The notes under the pieces were generated by a model. The model saw only the letters and a list, made by a program, of their open reading frames with translations, searched no databases and was not told where the DNA came from. Position numbers and translations under genes: made by a program. A stretch of DNA of 64,000 nucleotides, taken from assembly GCF_009914755.1 (NCBI RefSeq), contig NC_060937.1; one strand, written 5' to 3'. This document shows, piece after piece, positions 51,035 to 64,000 of the stretch (position 1 is its first letter; every line of letters begins with the position of its first letter). This DNA comes from the human T2T-CHM13v2.0 reference genome, Homo sapiens.

Positions 51035-51532
51035 CACACATCTTGTTTTCTTGACTATGGTTCCACCTCACTTCCTCGATAGTTCAGTCCTCCAGCTCTC
51101 ATCTCTGGCTTCACTTCTTAGATTTAATTTCTACTTCCTGTCTTGGGTTGGGCTGATTTCAGGTGCTTTAGGTAAAGTCTTGCCTAGTCCAGCCAAGCCC
51201 TATAATCTTGGCAACCAGACATAAGCGTTACTGGCTGCCTTCTTTTCCCCAAACAGTCCAGGTCCAGACATTCAGAGTCCAGCTGTAAGACAGATGGGTT
51301 TGAACTAATGAAGATGTAATGCCATCTCACTATTCTTATGGGCTAAGCAATCTGCTCTTGGGAGCATAGTCGTGGGAGTGGAACCTGATGAGTTCAGCAG
51401 GGTTCAACATGAACAGAACTATCTTTCTAAAGGAGCATATATTGGCTCAAGCCCATAGGAATCCATCCAGATGAATAAATGAACAATTCAGAATTTAATT
51501 TCAAAAGATTAGAGTAGGAAGGTGCTTAACAA

Positions 51533-51666
51533 TTTTTTTTTAAATTTTTTGAGACAGGGTCTCACTGTGTTGTCCTGGCTGGTCTTGAACTCCAGGGCCC
51601 AAGTGATTCTCCTGCCTTGGCCTCCCAAAGTGTTGGGATTACAGACATGAGCCACCGCACCCTGCC
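51533..51666 (-). mobile_element. FLAM-type left monomer
   Basis: Monomer with T tail; TSD gaagg(t/gg)gctt. Confidence 0.85.
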
Positions 51667-51983
51667 AGAAGGGGCTTTAGATATAACCACATTCTGCCTT
51701 ATCAAAGTGAGCAATTCTTTGTTTGCCTCTCAAACTTTAATGTGCATATAAATCACTGGAGGATTCATATCCACACTTAAATAACTTCTGCCTTTTTGTT
51801 TACTGGGAAGGAAACTGAGGCATATCGGCTTCAGACTCATAAGTTCCTCCCTGCCCAGTGCATTTTTCCAAACACTGCCCTGCCACACAATAGTTCAGTT
51901 AAAATGGAAAGAATAAATGTGTCATTTCGTTTTAAAAATTGTCAGAAGGGTCTATGTCTCAAACATGGCCCTTAAAAAAAATT

Positions 51984-52468
<485 letters not shown>

Positions 52469-52731
52469 GTCTTGCCCAGGCTGCAGTGCAGTGATGCAAT
52501 CATAGCTCACTGCAACTTTCAATTTCTGGGCTATAGCATTCCTCCTGCCTTAGTCTCTCCAGTAGCTGCAACTACAGGCATTGCACCATGCCTGGCTAAC
52601 TTTTATATTTTTGTAGAGACAAGGTCTCACTGTGTTGCCCAGACTGTTCTTGAACCCCTGGTGTCAAGTGATCCTCCTGCCCCAGCCTCCCAAAGTTCTA
52701 GGATTACAGGCATGAGCCACCGTGCTCAGCC
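52469..52731 (-). mobile_element. Alu (AluJ-type) lacking its 3' end and tail
   Basis: Abuts the preceding sense Alu directly. Confidence 0.88.
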
Positions 52732-52970
52732 TTGAACATATTCCTATGTGATATATCAAAGGCCTAGACACTGATATATTTCCTCAAGGATTCCAGAGGG
52801 AATAGCAAGGCCAAGAAGAAAAATGGATTTGAGAAGAGGTGAAGCAGGCAAGATATATCTGTAGAATGCCAATTATATCAGTCACTAGGCAAGTAAGACG
52901 GTGACACATCTACATAGGGATCCCGAAAAAATGAAGTCCAAATTCACATCAGGGAGGGTATCTATAGTTT

Positions 52971-53132
52971 AGACCCCTGCTACTCAAATTGTGGCCCATG
53001 ACCACGAGCATCAGAATACTCGGGAACTCAGTAGAAACGGAGCTTCCCAGTCGGTCACAGACCTACTGAATGAGAATCTGTACTCCAACAAGATCCTCCA
53101 GTGACTTAGATGCACTCTAAAGTTTAAGAGAC
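52971..53132. mobile_element. MER5A/B-like hAT MITE
   Basis: tgctactcaaattgtggccc..agcatcagaatactcgggaact..cagacctactgaatgagaatctg..aacaagatcc..taaagtttaaga. Confidence 0.75.
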
Positions 53133-54829
53133 AAAGAATTGCCTACACTGGCTTTTTTTCCCTGTCTAGTTTAAATTACTTTGAAAGTTAGATAACAGAA
53201 ATGGAAAACTAGGACAAATGAAATTTGCGTGGGTGCATGGAGGGGGGTGTGTAAGAAAGACCACTAGAGGGAATTAAAGCAGGATCACAGCAAGAGTTTT
53301 ACTTCTTGAGTCGAGTATATATCTTAAACAGCTCTTTTCCTCTGAGCTTTAATTAATTGTTTTGCATTAGTACACTGCATTGTGAAGGACCTGTGTTTGC
53401 AATTAGATGGCTCTCACAGATGGGGCAGGGTGATGAGGCGCTTCTGCCCAAGAGGCGGGATAGTTACCTGTGCCCAAGAGTATATTTCTCACATACAAGA
53501 GCTCCTCTTTTTTTTTCTTATTTTTAAAGAGCACAGTATACCTTCCTTCCTGATGAAATTCCTGGCTAACAGTTCAAATTTTTTTAAAAAAATTATTTTA
53601 ATAAATAAATATAAAAATGGGATATTGAACAAATAAATAAAAGTTGGATGTTAGCTGCCATCATCCAGACTGTATTTTACATGAGTAATTCACACATTTC
53701 CAGATTCTGAGGGAGAGGACACAAGAGTTCCTGGATGTCCATGGGTGTCCATCTGTAAACCCGAGCAGTTTAAAGCTTCTAAATCCCAATTAGGCTGCTC
53801 GAACCAACTGAGATGCCACAAATGCAACCTAGTGGCTTTTCCCATGGGAAGTCAGAGAAGTGGAAAATATTTCAAGCAATTTGGGCATGCTTGCATAACC
53901 CTTTTGTGGAAATTCCTGCACTAACAATTTGCAATTAAAGTGAAAGTGAGTAAAAATAGAATGACCTCTCATTTCCACAATGACTGTATTTTGTAGACTC
54001 TGGGGTATGAATTTGCCTTATATCTGACCCATACATAATGACGAAGAAACTAAAAATAATCAGCCTTCTGTATGCCTAGCAGTGCAGAGTGTCTATCAGG
54101 CAGCAGGTTGTAGCATTAATGACAGTTTTTAGCTAAGACAGAAGACATGGTTGCATAAAACATAAGCAAATCAACAGCCAAGTGAAGACAGAAAAACATA
54201 CTCTCAGTCCAAATCATAATTGTAAATTCATATTATCTGTAGCAAATGTGGTCTCCCAGGCAGCCTGGTGCCTAAAATGCCCATGCTTTTGGGTCCCTCC
54301 CCAATTTAGCATTAACTGCTGATGTCTGGGATTAGTAATTAATTTTTTATCAACCTAATGAAAGCTTCATTAGAAAAGTCACTCTGCAAGAAGGAAAAAA
54401 GTCATATAGTGTACTATACAACAAAATGTGTGTATTTCTGCCTTTAATGCTGTGAGTTATCTATGCCATTTCCTCCTCTTAGCTTGGATAAATAAAAGTT
54501 CAATGCTAACTGGAAAAAGTTTTGAGACTCACTCTGGTAATGTCATTATGCCATAATTCTTTCAAATATTTCTGAGATGCCATCAGATAATTATAGGTTT
54601 CCCTCAAGATTTTTATAAACTCTATGATTATTGTATAGAGTGTTTATGTCATTTGATGACTAAAAATATCCACGAGAAGAAATTTTCTGTGATTGAATCA
54701 CCTACATATGCTAAACAATTCAAGCAGAACTGGGTTATTTGGCAGAGGAGAGAGCCTGTGAATGAAAATGATCGGTTAATGAACTGAAATTGCAAGCTAA
54801 ACAGAGGCCACATACCACTCAGCCTGGGT

Positions 54830-55900
54830 CCAAGGGACTTTCAGCAAGGGGTGAGCATGAAAGGACAAATTGGAGCCCAATTGTGAGGGGCATGGAATGC
54901 CTTACTGATGATTTTGGCAAAAAAACACTTCCCACAGACATTCAGGCAAGGTGACAATGTGAGTTCTCCATTTTAAAAGGATATCTCTGGCCCCAGCAGA
55001 CAGAAGGGAGACCAGTTTGACTGAGTTTGAACCAAGCATTGTGAAATGATGGGAAACAAGTAAAAATAGAGACAGATGGAATGGGATTGGGGCAATAGGT
55101 AAAGAGCAGGTCAGGGGTAAGTGAAGTTTCTGCTTTGAGCGTGGGTGGGTGGGTGGTGGTTCCATTCACTAAGTCAGAGCCATTCACTGAGTCAGAGAAC
55201 TCAAGAGAAAGGAAGGAATGAGATGCTGTTGGAGGTACGGTTTGAAGGCTCTCTGGACACGTGTGACAGACCACTAGAAACATGAGCATGGAGTTAGGAA
55301 GGGCCTAGACCAGTGATTTGGAAGTTACCAGCATATAGACATGGCTGGAGTTTGTTGAAGTGCATGAAATTGCTCATGCAAGAAAGTATAAAAAGACAGA
55401 GGGAGTGGGCATGAGGACAGGCAGAGCAAGAAGGGAGTTAGACCGAAATCAGTCACAGCAATGGGAGAGATTTTAAAAGCCAGTCTGCAGACTGACATGA
55501 TACAGAGAGGTACAAACCAGGCTGAGCAATTCAGAGAATGAACTCTGGCCTTTGAGAGAGCAAGTTAGGTTCTAAGGAACAAGTCATGATCTATGGCCAA
55601 GATTTGAGACATTATGTGTCGTGAAGCTGAGGGTGGGGTGGTCCACTTACTTAGACAAAACAGAAACTGTGCAAATAGACCCAGCTGATTGAGTCGAGGT
55701 GCGTGAAATGGAGAGGTACAAAGTGAAGAGATTGCTGACTTAAGCATGGTCACACACACCAGCCATATTGCCGGGGGGAGATGTTCACGCCACGGTGCAG
55801 CTTCAGCTCTGGAAACAGTTGACTGGTGGAGAGGTGGGATAGAGGCTATGCTGGTGGGGAGTGCGGGAGTCAGTTTTCTGTAGTCCAGAGAACTTAGCTC
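54830..55900 (-). mobile_element. L2 fragments
   Basis: cattttaaaaggatatctctggc..gggagaccagtt..gggtggtggttccattcactaag..gatttggaagttaccagcatatag. Confidence 0.6.
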
Positions 55901-55959
55901 TAACAAGAGCTGCCATTTCTTAGAGGCTTTTTTTTGGTGGGGGGGATGCTTCACCTTCA

Positions 55960-56125
55960 TTATCTTGTTTGAGCTTCAGAACATCTTTGCAAGGTATAAT
56001 TTAAAAATGAGGAAAGTGAGGCTCAGAGAGCCAAGGAACTGCCCAAATCCAACTGAGAGGGCAGAATTTGAACCCACATTTGTGGAACCTCAAAGCCCTG
56101 ATTCTTTCCTCTGTAACATTCTGCC
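55960..56125 (-). mobile_element. MIR
   Basis: aaatgaggaaagtgaggctcagagag..ggaactgcccaa..ggcagaatttgaaccca. Confidence 0.7.
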
Positions 56126-56478
56126 TTGGGTCAGAGACGTCTGTCCTCAGGTAGCAGGTTCATCTGGTCTAGGAAGAAAGTCAAGCCTGAGACAAACAAG
56201 CACAGGGCTCCTGAGCTCCCAGCCACCAGCCCAGGAGCAGGAAAGGGTTGGAGTTCTGAGGGAGATTGTGATGTGAAGAAGGGGACTGGTCAGAACCAAG
56301 GAGCAAGAGCCCGGCCTCCAGGACTTTAACAAATTGAGAAATGTTGAGGCAAGGGCAGCAGCTGTCTCCCAGCAACTTGGGGCCCCAGGTCTGACCAAGA
56401 GCAATGATGGGCAGGGGAGCAAGTTGGGTGTGGCCATGAAAAGGTCGTGTGTTTTATTTAGGGAATATAGGAATTAAG

Positions 56479-56841
56479 TGTATTAGTCTGTTCTCGTGCT
56501 GCTAATAAAGACATACCCAAACTGGGTAATTTAAAAAGGAAAGAGGTTTAATAGACTCACAGTTCCACCTGGCCAGGGAGACCTCACAATCATGGTGGAA
56601 GGCAAGGAGGAGCAAAGTCACATCTTACATGGCAGCAGGCAAGAAAGAGCGTATGTAGGGAAGCTCCCCTTTATAAAACCATCAGGCCTTGTGAAACTTA
56701 ATCACTGTCACAAGAACAGCATGGGAATGGCCTGCCCCATGATTCAATTACCTCCTGCCAGGTCCCTCCCATGACATGTGGGAATTATGTGAGCTACAAT
56801 TCAAGATGAGATTTGGGTGAGAACACAGCCAAATCATATCG
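56479..56841 (-). mobile_element. THE1 (B/C-like) solo LTR
   Basis: tgtattagtctgttctcgtgctgctaataaagacataccc..acaattcaagatgagatttgggtg..acacagccaaatcatatc; perfect TSD ttaag. Confidence 0.92.
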
Positions 56842-57585
56842 TTAAGCATGTATATAAGTCAGAGACATGCCAGTGAGAAGAGAGAGGAAAGAGGGGAGAA
56901 GAGTCATAAATCAAGGATCAAGATCCCAGGGAGGGGGATTAGCTCTGGAAAGAATGAAGGGTGAAGCTTCCTCTGAGACAGAAAGGGGGTCAGGATGGTA
57001 AAAAGAGCATTCATTTTGACAAAGGTTGGGAAGGAAGTTGAAAAAGTTTAGACCAAACAGCCTCTTTTTTTTTTTTAATTGAAAGAGGCTATATTATTTC
57101 TGTAGGGTTGGTGATGAGAAAATAATTTAAAATGCAAACCAGAGCATCAAGGAATGCAAAAGCAAATTGAGTGGTAAGAGAACACCACATCCAGTACCCA
57201 GCAAGGTGGGAATGCAGCCACTGGGTCAAAGAGGATCAGGTAGATTAATTCCAGTATCTCCCTGCTTTTCACAATGACTTAGGAGGAACGCAGGGAGGTA
57301 GAGCATGTAAAAGAGAGATAACGTGTGGGGAAATATGTTGTAAATACTAAAGTATTATGCAAATCAGTTGCATCTGAATTACTTTTTCGGTGTTAAGGAT
57401 GATGAAACAGATTCGGAGCAGTTAAGGTCACTGAGGCACCACCTGGACTTGAACTCACATCCTCTAGCCCCAGCCCTGCTGCTCCTGCGGCCCGCTTCTG
57501 CACAGCGCAGCACTGAGTAAATGAGATTGGAAATGGAAGTGGTAAGGAGGAAAACAAAACCTTCTGCCTTTAAATTCTTGTTCTG

Positions 57586-58255
<670 letters not shown>

Positions 58256-58469
58256 AAAATCTTATCTATTTTCTACCCTTATGTGGCAATACTTGAAATG
58301 TTCCCTTTCTGGTGTAGTGCCCAACAGTCTGGACAACAAGTGCTCTATTACAATTGGGTGAAATTAAAAGGATCAAAGAAGACAGTGAAAAAAAGGGGGA
58401 GGATTGGATTCAGAAGCAATATCATCACAGGATCTTCAAATATTAAAATTTAAAAATTTGGAGAAAGCG

Positions 58470-59201
58470 CCAACTCAGAAATACTCCATGGAACCTGGAA
58501 AGTTTTGCTTGCATAAGAGATGGCTCAGAGAGGGCATCCATGTTGTCCATAGATTTGAAGAAGGTTTGTATTTGTCTATATAACCTAAGGAGATAGGAGC
58601 AAGTTAGGTAAGTAATAGTAACTTGAGTTCAAGATTGAGTTCAAATATTGAACTCAATAATTTAATATGAATAAAATGATTCAAAAATGAGATACGTTTT
58701 TGAGTAGTGAGTTCCCTGTCACTGAAAGATTTCAAGTACAAGCTGGACAACAGCTTGGCAGGATTGTTGTAGCATATATAAAGGGTCATTTATCTGGGGC
58801 AGGTTCTCCCAATTTGTGAATAAAAGATCTTCAGGGATGGGGTGGTGAGCAGTAGAGCTATTAGAAGGGGTTTGTGAATTCATGTGCACAAGTGGTGTTG
58901 CTTTAGAGGGAATGAAATATGTGTCTGGCAAGTGTGTATACTGTTCCTTTTGAAATTATGTAATGCCATTATGATTAATAAAGTACAAATTAATTATGGA
59001 TGTCACTGAATTTATAAAAGTCTTTTCCCATTTTGCATTTTCTCAAAGCTCAGATATTAAAAATGCAACTACTATCATGGGGAAGACTTGCAGCCTTTGT
59101 TCTTTTAAGGTTAAAAGGGATCTTCATGATCAAAAAGGTTAGAAACCATCTCACTAGAGAACTTTTCAAGTCCTTTTCAATGCAAAGATTGTGATTTCGT
59201 G
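58470..59201 (+). mobile_element. L3/CR1 3' fragment split by a probable hAT element (about 58797-59150)
   Basis: tagtgagttccctgtcactgaaagatttcaag..ctggacaacagcttggcagg and ttcaagtccttttcaa..attgtgatttcgtga CR1-type ends; caggttctcccaa..aaaaggttagaaacca hAT-like ends. Confidence 0.5.
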
Positions 59202-59478
59202 ACTCCTAGGAGATCAGAGGGCCACAGTTGGTTTGGGGGAAAAAAACCCACCCAAGCCCCAGCAGTTGGTGCACATGCAACTCTTGGCATGCTAGCAGAA
59301 GAGCACCCATAAAAACACTCTGAAATGCCACAACCAGAACAGAGCCACCAGCTGTAGCTCATCAAAGGAGTATGTTTAGAGATCCATCATTTCCTTGTTC
59401 CATAAGCTGACACAACTTTGTTGCTCCAAACAGCAAGGGTATATTTTTGCCACTGTATGTATTTAAGTAGTCATCTAA

Positions 59479-59801
<323 letters not shown>

Positions 59802-60045
59802 TCCAAATATCTTGATACTACCCTTTCTAAGTTTTTTTCATCTTTAAATATGTGGGTCACATTCTTTGCAATTCATATTCTTTGCTAATGAAATACTTTT
59901 TGTTTAGAAAGAAGTGCTTGGATTTTCACTATCATAAGCATGTATGAAATGGAGACATTTTGTTTTGTCAAAGTAAATCAGGAAAGTTGAGTCCCCTCCC
60001 AAAATCTACTCTTTTTTGGTTCACTGTGTGAGACAGTTAAGATGA

Positions 60046-60339
<294 letters not shown>

Positions 60340-60402
60340 TGAAATCTGATTTTTCATTCACAATTTCTTTCCACAGAAATTATAGTTCTCTACTCTCTAA
60401 AA

Positions 60403-60705
<303 letters not shown>

Positions 60706-61144
60706 TAAAAGTCTCTAATAGAAGGAACCATGGGGGCTCCTCCAAGAACTGTGGAGCAGGTTCAATTTCTCTTCAGAGCTTCTCCCTTCCTCCTTCCATG
60801 CTATTTCCTTGCAATTCAGCCACCGCCCCTACCCCAGACGTTTACCTCAAGCTATTCTGGGGTAGCTTCCCTCATGGTAAGACCTTTATGATCATACTGT
60901 GTGGGTGGGCCCAATTCTTATAACGATTGGTAAAGTAGGCACACTTGACCCTTCAACGCAACATGATTTAAAGGGCTCAGACAGGACTCCCTGCTTAAAA
61001 TTCTTTTTTTCATGCAGGTGTCCCAAGACCTGAACTCTTTCCATTCAGAGTTATATCTCTGAATTCTTTCCCCATCTTCTTTAAAATATACATACTTCTG
61101 GAAGAATAACTCATTAAAATAGGTCTCCAAAAGATGCTGTTATA

Positions 61145-61453
61145 GGTCAGGTGCAGTGGCTCATGCCTGTAATCCCAGAACTTTGGGAGGCCAAGGTGGG
61201 AGGACCACCTGAGCACAGAAGTTTGAGACAAGCCTGGGCAATATAGGGAGACCCCATCTCTACAAAAATACACATTAAAAAAATTTAGCCAGGTATGGTG
61301 GCACATGCCTGTAGTCTCAGCTACTCAGCAGGCTGAGGTGGAAGTATCCCTTGAGCCCAGGAGGTCGAGGCACAGTGAGCTGTGGTTGTGCCACTGCACT
61401 GCCACCATGGTTACAGAGGAAGAACCTGTCTCAAAAAAAAAAAAAAAAAAAAA
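61145..61453 (+). mobile_element. Alu (AluJ-type)
   Basis: Perfect TSD aaaagatgctgttatag. Confidence 0.92.
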
Positions 61454-61903
61454 GATGCTGTTATAGATTTAAATATGTATTAACAGACTTTCTCCTATTG
61501 AAATTACAATTTCATGTGATTATAATCCAGTACTTCCTCTGTGATGTAGGTCCTAGACACAATGAAAAGAAGGCTTGACATGTGGTTAAATATTTTCTAT
61601 CATGTTTGAGGGTGATGTCTGTGAGTGGCAGGCACCAGGCATGAATTGTGACCTAGAACCCCGGCATCCTTTCTAGCACTGCCTAAAGATCAAGTACACT
61701 AAGAAATATATTAATAGGTTAGCCTAACATCATAAAAGCAACCATCCCACTTCACAGTTCTGTAAGAAGATAAGAAATGCAGAACTCCTAGTAAATCTAG
61801 AAAACAGAATACTCTTCACACAGACAATTGTATAGGAGTCAAATGAACCCTTCTTTAGAACTAGTCACTCAGAACACTAATGTTTATTAAAAGAATTAAA
61901 ATT

Positions 61904-62246
<343 letters not shown>

Positions 62247-62825
62247 TCAAGTTCAAAATATATCAAATATGCAAAGTTTAATGCTAAGAACTACTGTATG
62301 ATATCAGAACATCAAAATAAGGAGGAAGTCGAGGAATCAAAGACTGAACAAGTGCTGGAATCTTTGCAACATTCTCTCTGAGTTCCTTAATGAGGTGGTC
62401 TTAACTGGTGCTTGCAGAAAGGTGAAATTCTGCTGCATTGAGGCCCCCACAGCATGTGAGCCCACTGGGAATAGTGGCCTGCTGAGATGAGACCAGGGAA
62501 GGACCAGGGGCCTAGGAGAGGGAACTCTGTGGTATTGCATAACACTGTATTTTTGGAAGCTCTCCTTGTAAAAGCTCTGAATTGGCTCTAAACACGAGAA
62601 AGATAAGCTTCCCTACTAAATTCTGGAGTCTCAGAAGAGGATTTAGGGAGATGAAACCATCAAGAATGCCTTGATGACCTTTGTTGACGACCATGTGATC
62701 TTTTCACTTTAGGACAACTTCACATGTTCTTAGGAGGAAGCTTTGGATAATATTTTTCACTTTCCATAACCAGAAATTTCTAGACCCCCAAGGTTCCTTT
62801 CAAGAATGTCATGTATCTCCCCTAC

Positions 62826-63002
<177 letters not shown>

Positions 63003-63139
63003 TAGTATAAAAAAGAAATAAACAATATTCTGCTTTTCAGTTAAACAGAAGTTTGAGACATAAAAATAATTAGAGGGTTAATCCATGATCTATTTCCAAA
63101 CTTTTCCCTTGCCTTCCTTAATGGAAGGTTGCAGGGTGG

Positions 63140-63480
63140 TCCTTTGATAGTTTTGGCCAATGATACATCGGCGGGAGTCTGCTAGGGACTTCTGGGAAAC
63201 GTCTGGCTCTCCTGGTTAAATGGATGGATAAGGCTGATGCTGTCCTCAACCCCCTTCTTCCTGCCTTAAATGCAAACTTGACATCTAAAACAGAGGTAGC
63301 CATTGTGTGATGATGAGAAGAAGGCCTGGAGAATTGCCAAGACAGTGACCAGGACATCACCAACCTGCTGGTTCTAGGTTGTCTATCTCCAGAAATTTTG
63401 CTATGTAAGGAAAATAACCCACCATCTGCTAAAACTACGGTGACTTGGATTTCCATTTACAACAATTCAGGATTTTCATA
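63140..63480 (+). mobile_element. MLT1 (H/I/J-like) LTR fragment
   Basis: gttttggccaatga..gggacttctgggaaa..cttcttcctgcctt..gtagccattgtgtgatgatgag..tatgtaaggaaaataacc. Confidence 0.55.
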
Positions 63481-64000
63481 GGCTTCACATGAAGAAAATA
63501 GCTTTGTCATTAGTTTTTGCCAACAATATGTAGCATTTAATTAAAAATCAAAATATTTCCTAGCCATTAATATCAGTATAGAAATAGGCTGATATAAAGG
63601 CACCTTAAAGCTTTTGGCAGTCACTGAAATCCAACCACAAAAGGAAAACAAAATCATTTCATTTGCTTCTAAATTGTTTGATTTATTGATTTTTTCCCCA
63701 AGTATATTTATAATTAATTTAGGGTTTCTAGAGTTTGATATATTGATTCTTGTGCTGTTACTCTTATTGAAACTTCATGCCAACTAGTGGTATGAAAAAT
63801 TCCTGTAATATAAATACCCTCTGAATCTAGTGAAACTTTGCTTTCTCTCAGATTGAAGTAATCTTGGAATCTGTTTAATCTACTTAATAATTCCCTGCTC
63901 TATTTCATAGAAGCCAAAATGCCTCAGGCCCAAGTAAAACACAAGGTTAAGGCAATTTTCTAATAACTTGAGGCAAAAGATGGAAAATTGGCCTCCTCTA

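Overview
Primate (most likely human) non-coding genomic DNA, either intergenic or deep intronic. I found no supportable protein-coding exon, CpG island, tRNA/rRNA or CRISPR array. Nearly all ORFs in the track are Alu- or LTR-derived artefacts. By my manual count the window holds about 66 Alu/FLAM copies (about 25 on +, about 41 on -), many with readable target-site duplications (TSDs). It also has a full-length MST-type MaLR element (LTR-int-LTR, 14841-18131) and solo LTRs (MLT2D-, MSTA-, MSTB-, THE1-, MLT1-, LTR16/33-, LTR47- and MER34-like). Old L1/L2/L3/MIR fragments, hAT MITEs and a polyadenylated U13 snoRNA (SNORD13) retrocopy are also present. The most unusual structures are a 33-bp near-perfect unique inverted repeat inside an Alu tail, a TSD-flanked orphan retro-insertion inside an LTR, an Alu+U13 composite insertion, an Alu-associated deletion in one LTR of the MST element, and repeated re-use of the same insertion sites by Alus. 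Repeat family names are from memory of consensus sequences, and boundaries of old repeats are approximate. I see no evidence for a new gene system; the findings concern retrotransposition/repair scars and candidate regulatory islands.
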